Assembly (NCBI RefSeq): GCF_964355755.1
Contig: NC_092672.1
Location: 35,904,437-35,968,436, forward strand
DNA length: 64,000 nucleotides
Direction of reading: 5' to 3'
Source: Antedon mediterranea
Lineage: Eukaryota; Animalia; Echinodermata
This document shows positions 1-11,737 of the stretch, in pieces. Position numbers and translations under genes: made by a program. How positions within the stretch are numbered: position 1 is the stretch's first letter; each line of letters begins with the position of its first letter. Below the pieces are notes generated by a model. The model did not search any database. It was not told the DNA's origin and was given only the letters and a program-made list of their open reading frames with translations.

Positions 1-198
1 GAGCTTAAATATGACTTAGTGGGAAACTTTTGTATTGGTCTTTAACCAACATCGTGTGGTCATATTTACCAATCGCACTTAGGCTAAGAAAAACAAAATC
101 TGCTATTTAGGTGAATAAAACTTAAGGATATTCTTAAATATTTATAAATACCTATTATTTGATAGAGTTGAATTTAAATGTTATATTTAATCTTTCAG

Positions 199-618
199 AA
201 CTGTTTGGTATGAGCTGTTATCCAAGGAGTTTCCAATGGCCGATCAAGAAAATGAAGCAATTATATTTCAAGTTGGACAGGGAATGAAACCAATTCTAAG
301 TCATATACAAGCTTCTAAGGATGTGAAGGTAAGAGTTGGTTTAAGCTTTGTCTACACTATCAAAATTTATGTGACAAAAGTATGTGATGTGCCCATCTTT
401 TAGTGTTGATGAATAAATGTATATATGTATATATGAATGAATGAATATATGTTTTTTCTTTGAAGGAAATTCTAATGATGTGTTGGAATTATACACCAAG
501 TATAAGGCCGTCATTCGGAACATTAACCAAAACGTTAGATCGATTACCCCGACGTCAAATTAGACGGAGCCCTTCTACTCCCCTCCACCTATCAAGATCA
601 GCCGAGTCTGTCTTTTAA
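199..618 (+). CDS. KSR: Kinase suppressor of Ras, last two coding exons (gene starts upstream of the window)
   Basis: Exons 199-328 (TVWYELLSKEFPMADQENEAIIFQVGQGMKPILSHIQASKDVK) and 466-618 (EILMMCWNYTPSIRPSFGTLTKTLDRLPRRQIRRSPSTPLHLSRSAESVF*) have AG/GT boundaries and consistent phase. They match the KSR kinase C-lobe (TVWYEL, AIIxQVGxGMK) and the KSR C-terminal ...LSRSAESVF. Confidence 0.93.
344..397. mobile_element. Partial copy of MITE-A (PIF/Harbinger Tourist-like)
   Basis: Left TIR-like AGCTTTGTCTACACTATCAAAAT plus GTGATGTGCCCAT, in the KSR intron. Confidence 0.75.
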
Positions 619-1977
619 ACTGTTAAAATCGACAAAGGTTGCGTTCTAAATTGTTAAGTACAGCTGAATCATGGCTTGTCAGGTTTCGGACTAAACTTAA
701 TAGGAACACTATAAGGATGCATTACAAAGGTCAACATTGAAATTTCAATTTACAAGAAAGCCAGTTAACAAAATACTCTTTGCTTACTGCGGATGAAGTG
801 TAGATGTGTAGACGACCACAAATGCAATCGTAAAAGTGTAAATTATGTATCCTTAAATTCATTTCTTTTGTTCATTTTACCGATCTAAAATTCTCAAAAT
901 CATTGTTTTTGATAATTCATAATATCTTTTTCATAATGCCACAACTACCATATTGATAATTTCATAATAATAGCAAAAAAAAAACAAATGAAAACAATAA
1001 ATTATGAGAAGTTACTATATATAGTAAATGTACAGACAACATTTCTTTCTAAGCTTTTCCTTGTAGTTTTGTTTGAATCTAAGCAAATACCTCGGTTGCT
1101 TTGAGGGGTTTACGAAAATTTTTATATTTTTAAAAAAATATGCAAATTTATTAATGGAATGCTCTTATGTAATATATATATCATTATAAAGTTATTATGT
1201 TATTAATATATTCTATTATGTTTCATACATTTAACTCTCCAAAAACTAAACTCTTTGAAGACAAGAAATTCTTCAAAAACTAATGTTCTTACCGTCTTGA
1301 TTCTACTATGAAATACTAGTGTTTCTCCAGTATCTCTCCAGTGCCTCTTAATGCCCTAGAAGGAACTTAGCATTCTGACGATGGGTTATGAATCTTCAAA
1401 CTTCACTGGCGATGTTTTGGTTTTTCTTAAGCATACTCCTTAATTTGGGGTTAAAGGGAGTTTATCTTAAAAAATGAACTATACTGTTAATATTAAGAAC
1501 ATACTTGGAAAAACTTATATAGTTGATAGCTATTTTAAATTATTTCAAATCCACTTGAAGCGTTAACACAATTGTAAAGACATTTGTAAATACTAACTTT
1601 GTGCATGCCACATCTGTTTTTGTACACTCAGAATAAGCTGTAGATAAGAGACATTTATATGTATGTATTAAAAAGCTTTACATTGTACACAAAAACTTAA
1701 TCTAATATAAGTATTATTAAAGGGGTTTGTAGGGGATAGGTTGAGAGGAGATAATTGTTAAAAAAATTAAAACGCTCTCCCTCTAATTAAAGATCACCAT
1801 ACTTTAGTCTGAATAAGCATACATTTACAGCTATATCTTTAATGCGGTATTATAGCTTGGTGCTTGCCTTTTAATGTCATCATCATTGGTACAAATCCTT
1901 GCTACAGGCATTGCCTATTGCATAAATAGGGAAGTTTAAACATGCGGTGCAGTTTTTATTATTTCGGGTAAAACATT

Positions 1978-2130
1978 GTTTTTACTTCCATGGTCCTACT
2001 CAACACACACACCACACATTTCCACACTGACAATACCACATGTGCCTAACCTAATCCTAACCGTAACCTAGGCATGTTATGTATAGCATTGTGTGGCACA
2101 TAGTGTTTAGTAGGACCATGAAAATAAAAA
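1978..2130. mobile_element. Small foldback/MITE-like element with a telomere-like centre
   Basis: Inverted arms TTTTTACTTCCATGGTCCTACTCAACAC / GTGTTTAGTAGGACCATGAAAATAAAAA around CCTAACCTAATCCTAACCGTAACCT. Confidence 0.6.
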
Positions 2131-3883
2131 GAAAGAAAAAAACAAATTTCTTTATACCTTCAATACGTGGTCTTTAATAAGAGGTGATTGGAATCAGATG
2201 ATTCTTAAAAGCAATACTTTAAATAATTTTTAAACTATATGTATTTCTTCATCCATTGCTATCCAGGTGATTATTTATTGACCATTTTGTTGTTTTTGCT
2301 TTTAAAAATACTTTGCAATATTTTGTATTTCAAAGTCATTTTTGTGTTTATTTTTATATAAATTTATCTAACAATTTATAAACAATGGCAATTATTATAT
2401 TTAAAACTTCATGGTTTTATTCATAAATGATAAATTGATAATCTACTAAAAATTCTAAATAGAATGATTAACTTACACTTAAAAATTACTTAAAAATGAT
2501 TTGTATAGGGTTGTAATATGCCAATAGCTATTATAGCATTTGGGAGATATCTTTATTACCATTACTATAAAACAGTAATAATATCCAGGCACGGATCCAG
2601 GAACAGTCTGTAAAAAATAGATATAAAAAAATAGTTAATAATTTCATTGTAGCTGTCGAAATGTGCAGTGCGCGCTACTAACGTCATGGGTCCGTCCCAA
2701 ATATGAGACTTTTTGCAAATGAGATTGTAGCATTAAAAGACACACATTATTATTTCAAAGGTTTATCGCCTGTCTTGGTCTCCAATTTTTAAAACATTCT
2801 GTTTTTAATCTCTCTTTTTTTTTATTTATATTAACTCAAATAATAATCTCCAATTGTATGCATAAAGCTAAAGTTTTTTTGTTCATTTCTAATTTGTTTT
2901 CTAATATTTATTTTATCTTTAGTTAAAGTTAATAATCCTTTATGTGTATGTTTTGTAAGAGCTATTGTAAATAATATTAAGTTTTAGCAGAAAATATGTT
3001 AAATTAATTTTGCACCATCACTTCTGGTTACTATAATATACAGTCAAAAATCCCTATACTGGACTCTCTGAAAGCTACAGAAATTCTTTAAAAACCCAAC
3101 TTTTCTTGTGGTCCGAAAGGTCCCATTTGTTTTACCATTAAAAACACAATCAGAATGCCAGTTTTTCGGGAAAACCAGCCCAAGATTATTGGGAGAGGTG
3201 ACTGTACAGAGGGCAGTTTAGGAGTGTACTTTTAGAAGTACTGTTACCTTAGTTTACATTGAAGAGAGAATTAATAAGAGATTTAAGAGAGAGTCTATTT
3301 ATATGCTGGTAGCTGTTTTTGGTGCATGACCAAAATATTAAACCATATCAAAAATGAGTAGGTTTGCCAGTTTGAAAAACAGCCCATGAAAATTGAATTA
3401 ATTAAAACCTTATTAATGATTAAACAAAATAATAAACGTAAAAATTTAGCTTAAGAACTTTAAATAAATATATAAAAAATTGAATTTGACAAAATGGAAT
3501 TATTTTTAAAGTTTATTTTTTTTTTCAGATAAATTGAGATTTTGACTTCCTATGTTAATAATCTATTCCTAAAATTTGTTAAAAAATGTACACCCAATGT
3601 GATATTTTAATTCTATTTTTGTGTAAGTACTGTATGTGATTTTGAACGAATGCCTTTTTGTGAATGTGATGGACGTAAAGGGATTGTTTTTCAGTTTGAG
3701 TATATTAACGATGAATTCAAACCAAAAAAATAACCTTACTTTTTATAGACCTAATTTTAGTTTAAAATGTTTTCATTAAACAACCAAACGAACTATGACC
3801 TTAAATAAAAGAGAAAGATATTTTTTGTTTCAATAATTATTTTTTTGTCAAGAATTGTATTATTTTTTTAATGCTTACTCTCC

Positions 3884-4046
3884 AGCTCTGTCTACATTAC
3901 CAAACTAGTTTGACAAAAAAACAGTGTGATGTGCCCAAATATAGTAGTGATATGCTTAAATATGGTAGTGATATGACATCATCATGTCCATATATGAACA
4001 CATCACATCTTTTTATCACATAAACTTTGATAGTGTAGACAAGGCT
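3884..4046. mobile_element. MITE-A copy
   Basis: TIRs AGCTCTGTCTACA...TGTAGACAAGGCT; internal 21-bp repeats ATATGGTAGTGATATG. Confidence 0.85.
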
Positions 4047-4749
4047 TTATTTCTTGTTTTCCTGTTATTTATATACGTCATTGATATCAATTTTTGTATA
4101 AGGAAAGTATATGTATATTAAAGAGATGATGACATGGACGAAAAAGCTGTAAAAAGATCAGCTGTGGATACTTTTGTCGTATCTAACTGTTAATTTAAAT
4201 ATATAAAAATGCCATTTTCTATATTAATTTGTAAACAAAGCTTTTCAGTATTTAAATAATTTGATTTTATAGTTAAAAATGAATAACATAAAAAATATAT
4301 ATTATTTTTTTTGCTTTTATAAAAATGATACATACTATAATGTCTGCTAGCGTTTGTGGTGAATATTCACCATAATAAAATAACCGTGGTACTACTGTAT
4401 TATATTTCTTATGAAAATGTATTGGTCTACAAACAGTGGAATGATATGGCTTCATCATGATATGAGCCTGTTAATAAGTTCATATTGACTCTATATGAGT
4501 GCATCGTGGTTGTATAAATGCAGTAAGATCATGCCAGTACATCTTGGCGATATAAACTGGGCATAATTTGATTACATGTGGCTACTCTAGGCAAGTCATC
4601 AGTAGTATAACAAGCCTACACAATGTGTAATCATAATATGGCTATGTTGGATGATGATACAGTATGTGAATACCATGATGATGTGACCATATATGGGTTT
4701 ATGATGACCATGGCTATATCATGATCATTTATGGCTATATCATCATGAC

Positions 4750-5365
4750 AATGATGGCTATCTCATAAACATGTATGGCTATCTCATGACCATGTATGAC
4801 TATCTTATAACCATGATGGCTATCTCATAACCATGTATGGCTATCTCATAACCATGTATGGTTATCTCATAACCATGTATGGCTATCTCATGACCATGTA
4901 TGGCTATCTCATAACCATGTATGGCTATATCATGACCATGTATGACTATATCATGACCATGTATGGCTATCTCATAACCATGTATGGCTATCTCATAACC
5001 ATGATGGCTATCTCATGACCATGTATGGCTATCTCATAACCATGTATGGCTATATCATGACCATGTATGACTATATCATGACCATGTATGGCTATCTCAT
5101 AACCATGTATGGCTATATCATGACCATGTATGGCTATCTCATGACCATGTATGGCTATCTCATAACCATGTATGGCTATCTCATAACCATGTATGGCTAT
5201 CTCATGACCATGTATGACTATCTTATAACCATGATGGCTATCTTATAACCATGTATGGCTATCTCATAACCATGTATGGCTATCTCATGACCATGTATGA
5301 CTATCTTATAACCATGATGGCTATCTTATAACCATGGTGGCTATCTCATAACCATGTATGGCTAT
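4750..5365. repeat. 21-bp minisatellite (ATGTATGGCTATCTCATAACC)n, about 29 units
   Basis: Directly visible; produces spurious (MYGYLIT)n ORFs. The left flank is degenerate. Confidence 0.95.
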
Positions 5366-5729
5366 ATGATGGTAATAATGAACACAATGATTGTTTTATT
5401 ACTGAAGTCTGCTACATAAATAGGAATTGTAATTTACTACATGGCCATGTGGGTTACAATGTAATGTGTACAGTGCAATTATTGCAAGTATATTTATATG
5501 CAGTTTATAATAATTGATCATCTTTTATAATGAATATGAATGATGTAATTAGTATACTAATGAATATTCATAAAGAATAATCAATATGTATCCAAACAGA
5601 ATGAACTGGATATATCATATAGATTTGTTGAATATTTACTAAATTTTCATTTCTAAAATGATTGAATATGAATAAAGTTGTACAAAATCAATTTATTTAA
5701 TGAATTAATTTAACTGATTTAATTATCGA

Positions 5730-5930
5730 TTTATTGAATACTCATTTTAGAATTTTGATATACAGTACATTGAATTTAAATATTCATGAAATTTATTGAA
5801 TATTCATTTAAGAATTTTGATACAGTATACAGTACATTGAATTTAAATATTCATGAAAATGATTGAATATTCATTTTAGAATTTTGATATACAGTATATG
5901 GAATTTAAATATTCATGAAGTGATTGAATA
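5730..5930. repeat. About 60-bp AT-rich tandem repeat, ~3.5 units
   Basis: TTGAATATTCATTTTAGAATTTTGATATACAGTACATTGAATTTAAATATTCATGAAA repeated. Confidence 0.85.
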
Positions 5931-6216
5931 TTTTTCGAAATCTACAATCCTAGAATATGAATATTCATGTTTATCAATATTCAAATAAAATTTAACACAT
6001 ACAGAGCTGTTTGTATAGTATTTATTTTTTGTGGTGTTGTATTTTTTACTTTGTGATATAAAATTTTATTCAGTCTGAAATAGTTAAAACCTGGACTCAG
6101 TTACTGCAATGAATCAATTATTTGGCACTGTCGGCGTTTCATAGTAATTGTTTTCCAATCCCATGTGTAAGTTTTTTTGTGTATCAAATCAAAATCAAGG
6201 GCAAGAAATTACAGCA

Positions 6217-7868
6217 ATGTCTTCTTTATCTCAACAACAGCAGATGCAACTTTTGGCAGAACTTGAAATTGAAATGATGGCTGATATGTATAACAGGTAA
6301 AGTATCTTCAATTCTAAAGATTAACTTAGTTATTTGAATACTGGCTAGGCCTAGCCTAGGCGATGCAATGATTGACGACGGACGGGTGGTGAATTCGGTC
6401 GGCAGGGCGGTTTCTACCTGCTTAGCTGCCTGCATCATAATGTCGGCTAGGGCCTGGCCAACATTTGAAATATAGGAAAACCTACACTGACATGTATTAT
6501 TCTTTTTATCATGTTATCTCAAATTTAGGTTCTACTGTAATTAATTGTTATGGTAATCAATATTATTTAGACTCGAAAAAAGAATAGGTGCTGCACATCC
6601 ACCACTGCACCTGTCACACCAAAATCAGTCCGGGCCAAAATCGGTCCGGCGGACCAGTTTTGGCTGCCAAAATCAGTCCGGGGGACCATTTATGGCTGCC
6701 AAAACCTGTCCGGTCGGACCAATTTTGGCTGCCAAAACTGGTCCGGCCTGGATAAAATCGGTCCGGGCAGTAGGACTGTTTTTGGCCGCCAAATATGGTC
6801 CGGTCTTACAAATATATGGTGCGCAAAATGAGTCATAATGTATATATCATTAAAAAAAAGGCCATGATTAGTCATTATTGAAAACTACGGGGATTTATTT
6901 GTTATTATTTTTAATATTATAAATTAAGCCTGTTTTTTTTTTTTCATTATTAGTAGTAACTCATCAATAATTAATACTAATTAAGCTTCTTGTATACAAT
7001 ATGTATCTCTGCCTGTTTTTAATCCATTTTTTCTTTTTTAACATCTTCGTTTCCCCATGATGTTAAAAACAATTTAATTTATTAATTATTTATGGTTAAT
7101 CAATCAATATATCAATTCAATACAATTATTATAAAACAATTATCCAATATTGATTAGGCTGAGGACGGAAAAAGGCCTCAATCATAAATAAAATCTAGCT
7201 GGCAATATCAGCGTCTCATACCCGTTCATGTGAGTGTGTGGCAGGCCGAAATATGAGTGAACACCTAAGTCATGTTTTTAGATAAAATACATTTATTTAT
7301 AGTATTTATCCGACAAGATAACTTACTAATATATATCATGGGATATTTTTCTAGCCATAAACAACTTAAAACAGCATCATAGGCCTAGTAATTCAATTAA
7401 AATCGACAGAAGAAAAGCCCGGACCGATTTTGGCAGTGGCGGACTGCTTTTGGCCACAATTTTAGAGCCAAAACTGGTCCGGCCGGACCGATTTTGGCCC
7501 CGGACCATATTTATCGTGACACACCCCCCACCCCCCCCCCCCTGAAAAAACAAATCTGGTGTAACTTTTGCACTCAATAAAGATGACAGGTGAGTAACTA
7601 AAGACGATATGAAAAGCGTGGTATTTAGCGGCACTCCATCCAAAATTTGATTTTTATATCACATTTGTTTTTTTAAAGGATGACCAGCACGTGTCAGAGC
7701 AAATGCGTACCGTCAACCTATCACGAGGGCGACCTGTCAAAAGGAGAAGCTGTATGCCTAGATCGTTGTGTAGCAAAGTATCTGGAAATTCACGAAAGTC
7801 TTGGAAAAACCCTCACAGAGAAATCAATACAAGATGATGCAATGCTGAAGAAAGTGCAACAGAAATGA
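6217..7868 (+). CDS. TIMM10: Mitochondrial import inner membrane translocase subunit Tim10
   Basis: Exons 6217-6296 ([27 protein letters not shown]) and 7679-7868 ([10 protein letters not shown]...[13 protein letters not shown]...). Twin CX3C motif and [15 protein letters not shown] signature; phase-2 GT-AG intron. Confidence 0.97.
6612..7521. mobile_element. About 910-bp non-autonomous TIR DNA transposon (TGTCA...TGACA, Ginger-like), copy 1, in the TIMM10 intron
   Basis: Long imperfect TIRs built from GGTCCG/CGGACC/GCCAAAA subrepeats; CACC on both flanks; near-identical to 47030-47949. The superfamily is tentative. Confidence 0.85.
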
Positions 7869-8219
7869 ACTCTGACCTGCTAGAAATTTGAACTTTAAAC
7901 TCGAATATTATTTGAAGTATATTCACTAATGTCCTCTCGAATAATTAACAACTTTGCTTTGGAGATGATGTTGGAGGATGGTGAACAACTTGTAACAATT
8001 GTTACTGCTGTAATAATTCTGATGAAAGAGGAATGAACTTTGACCTAAGCTAATTTTACCTCAGTTTACTATGAATCTAATCAAATTCTTTACCAAATGA
8101 TTACAGTATTTTAAATTCTGAATATAACAATGGCACAAACGCAACGAAATATCATGAATCGACCAAATCAAACTTGAACAGTGTTATTTTATTACTTTAG
8201 CTAAATATTTACCTATAAT

Positions 8220-9055
8220 CAAAGAATATATATCACAAGAATGAGTAATCCGCGATTTTCCCTGTAACAGTAATATTGTCCATGTGGTAGGGCGCCGCCA
8301 TAAGTGTGGATGTATCTGGGATGTATACAACTTTTTGTGAAGGTTTCACTAATCAAATGCTGGACCACCGGAGTATTTTCCGATGATAAAAATGTTATCA
8401 ACTACATGCCAACATCATGTTAAATACTATTTGAATATTTAATTGTTCGTTTTATGCAATTTATTTAGTAAAAACTGCCGTATACACAGTTTGATTTATC
8501 AACCGGGCGCTACGATAGCGTGACCGGGCGTGTTGGTGTTTACGCGTTTTCACGAAGGATAGTTTAATAATATTCCTATATTTAACTTGTTTCTGGTAAA
8601 ACAAATAAATGTTAATGACATTTAACATTTTCTCCTATTAATAACATGTGTTTTATACTAATTTATATCATAAAAACAATACTTAATTTACCGGGCGTAC
8701 AGTAGTACACGGCAATGGTAAAGAATAGGCCGTGCTGAGTGATATTCGTTGATTTTTGGTGTTGCTGTGTTAGGCCTTTTTTGTGAACTAACTTAGCATG
8801 TTAGTAAATAATTGTCTGTAAAAGTGAATAAACACTAGTTTGTTAATAAATATGTATTATAAAATAGTTTACAATTGCAAAAACTATTATCATAATTCTA
8901 TTTAATGTGACATTTATCATGTCTATTAAATCAAGTCTTATTTAGTATGTATACATCCGCCCTTATGAGGGCGGGCATCACTCTCTGGAGCTCTCTGTTA
9001 CAAATTTCTTATGCAAAAATCGTGGAATACTCATTCTTGTGATATATATTCTTTG
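8220..9055. mobile_element. Non-autonomous P-element-like transposon (about 40-bp TIR, 7-bp TSD)
   Basis: CTATAAT-CAAAGAATATATATCACAAGAATGAGTA...TACTCATTCTTGTGATATATATTCTTTG-CTATAAT. CA..TG ends with a 7-bp TSD fit the P superfamily. Confidence 0.82.
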
Positions 9056-9380
9056 CTATAATATACATATTGTTTAACAATAACATGCAATAAAAAGGTT
9101 TATTAATAATAATGATAGTTGTTTTCAATGACTTTTATAGATAAATGTTAATACATTACAAATAACTGGCCAATGTTGTGTATTTGTGTAAATGATATTT
9201 TTAAATGGAGGAAAAAATTGTACTGTAAGAGGCTATAAATAATATAAAAAGTTGGTAATGCAATTCCTGGGTTAGCATTGTTCAGTTTGAAGCACATAAG
9301 CTGGTATAATTCAGCAATTATCAACTCTTTTATTTGTTTTTATAGTTTTAACTAAAAATTATAGTTTTAGGTCTATCAGT

Positions 9381-10932
9381 TCATAGATCAACGCCAATCA
9401 ATTGAGCTGTTTTAGTATCCGTAACTGGATATGCCGCCTCCTTCGCAGTTCGTAATTCTTCTATTTGGTTTGTTTTTAATATTTGTGACTGATCATGTAC
9501 AAAATCTGTTACATCTTCTATCTTCAAGATCCATTCAGTTGCATATTTGTGGAGAACCTGAAAAAGAGATTATTTACAGAGATTAGTACAGTAGGAAGAA
9601 GTTCTTTATAAATCATCTCTCAAATGAGACGTTAAAGATATACTGTCACCCTAACAAATTTTTTTTTCAATTTTTTTTTTATGTGCCATTTTAATGTCAC
9701 ATAATAGTTATTCAGTTTGACCAAAAACTGGATCAAAAAACAAATTATTCACCTGAAAAATTGTCTGTCGGACAATGGTTTTTGGTTAAAATTAAACGTT
9801 TCTTTGTCTTTTTATAAGTTAATTAATAATTTTTTTCTTTTTTTTTACAGAAGTGAATAAAACTTGATTAAAATCACCGATTTAAGGTCTGATTTTATTA
9901 ATCTTCATGTTTTTGGGGGGACAGTACATCTTTAAGGTTATTGTATGTAGAGCAGTGTCTTTCAGATGACATGTTAACGTAATATCAGTGTTTACCTCTC
10001 CTTTTAACCCCAATTGAATTGCTCTTCGTTCTTCCTTTGCTCCGTGTGGATCATGGTCAGGATCCCATTGTAATCGCACGGATATTTCATCAAGTCCTGC
10101 TTTTTTCTGTTCCTAAAATACATAAACAAAATAATACAATTTTATGTCTCTTGGAAGTCTCTATTTTTCTGCCAAAAGTTTGCAGACTGCAGTAGTTTGC
10201 ATAAAAAAATTATTACATTGTAAATGTCATTAAAATTTTGTCCATTTTTGTCAGTGATGACAAAGAAATTTCATGCATGTGTATAAAGTATTTGTAATTC
10301 ATCAACTTTTGGGTCAGACACATCAAATTATGTCACTGGTGAATATATAAATACCTGTGCTGTGTAAGCTTGTGATAGTATCTCGTCAAAAGCTGATCTC
10401 TTTAAATAGATAGCAAGAACTCTTTCTTGGTTTATTTTACTGGCCCAGCCACATCGATACATCATCCACAAAAAGTTTGTTTTTATCCATGACATGCGCT
10501 CAAAACTGAACTTCCCGCCAAATCTGAAAGATAATAACATTGGTTTTCTTATTTAATCAATGGCTTCAAAAACACATACAGACATATAAACCCCATATAA
10601 AAAAAACAAGATAAGATTTTAAAATATTCCAATTTTTCTTGTCAAACTGTTGTAGTAATACACATTACTATAGGCACTCTTCCCTTCCTATCTCCCATAG
10701 GGATGTAACACCCTGCTCTCACCAAACCTCTTAAATAGGCCTATAATATAATATGCTAATAATATTCTAGGTCAGCTTACCTTTGATTTTCTACTGCAAA
10801 TGTTGCTATTTGCGGATTAAATGCTTGATATACAACAACATAGCTATCGGTGTACTGAGCCAGTATATGGCTACCCTTACGCGGCCACTGTGTATCTCTT
10901 TGAACCAAGTAACTCTCTGTTAAAAACTCCAT
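9381..10932 (-). CDS. DUF4291 domain-containing protein, about 204 aa, 4 exons
   Basis: Minus-strand exons 10932-10781, 10523-10355, 10112-9996 and 9557-9381 splice in frame (615 nt including TGA). Motifs ILAQY..VVVYQAF, RMSWIKTNFLWMMYRCGWASK..QERVLAI, VRLQWDPD, RRAIQLGLKG and EWILKIEDVT are characteristic of DUF4291 (recognised from memory). Confidence 0.88.
9636..9931. mobile_element. TTAA-flanked non-autonomous element (Kolobok-like), in DUF4291 intron 3
   Basis: TTAA-AGATATACTGTCACCC...GGGGGACAGTACATCT-TTAA. Related copies at 22338, 40013 and 49514; partial copies at ~14880-14985 and ~50340-50512. Confidence 0.8.
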
Positions 10933-11737
10933 TCTTGTGTGTATTAGTCTGTGCTTAGTGTTCACTACTTTCTTACCAATATCAAAGAATATTCTTTGCC
11001 AATACATACGCAAGATATATTATTTAATCATAATATTTTGTTGCACAATACACTAGTAATGACAAGTCAAGCGTGAGACGGAAATGAGTACATGACGTCA
11101 TCGCAAGTCTATGAATATTCATTAACCAGAAAAAAAAAGGAGTTTTTACAGTTCTCAAAAAACATACATATTTGTTCCTTGATAAATAATTCCTTCATGA
11201 TTGTTCTATCGCGTCCACAAAATAAATAAATAAATAAATAAATGTGACAAATTATTCTTTGTCAAGAAACAAAATTATATACAGTGCTCAAAACATGAAT
11301 GATTGAAATAAGTACCTACTTAAAAAAACTGTTCAACCAATTATTTATAATCCTAACCTGTATCTTTGATCTATGTATATTTAATTATATATAATAATTA
11401 TAAATAACATTTCTAGCATAAACTGATATATAATAGCTGGCCTCGAACTATGTAAAATGTTATCTTGATTACGATGTCAATAATTATTTTTACTATTTAG
11501 TGATCATAATTTTCAGTTCAATCTTAATTCAATCAGAATGTATTAGTATTAACATTCAAAATTGTTCATAACATAAACGGCGCGGGGGCGGGTGTGTCCG
11601 AGAAAAAATTATAGGGAAGGCGGGGCGCGCCGGAAATTATTGAATGTGCGTGTTTTTATGATGATGATTATATCTCTGTTGCGGCCTGACACGACAATAA
11701 TTTTTAAAGGAAGTTTAGTCGTTCGGAGAATAAAAAC
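10933..11737. promoter_or_regulatory. Putative bidirectional promoter between the DUF4291 gene and NAA25
   Basis: Head-to-head start codons about 800 bp apart. CRE palindrome TGACGTCA at 11093-11100, ETS-like CGGAAAT near 11079 and 11631, GC boxes at 11580-11630, and a YY1-like AACATGGCGGC over the NAA25 ATG. Confidence 0.6.

Noticed and set aside
4833-5248. (MYGYLIT)n ORFs, and CRISPR-like regularity
   Set aside because: A 21-bp minisatellite with no unique spacers, no splice context and frameshifting 20-bp units, in a eukaryotic locus with no cas genes.
10933-11013. N-terminal extension of the DUF4291 ORF given in the ORF track
   Set aside because: It begins at a non-ATG codon; the first ATG at 10932 gives a family-sized protein.
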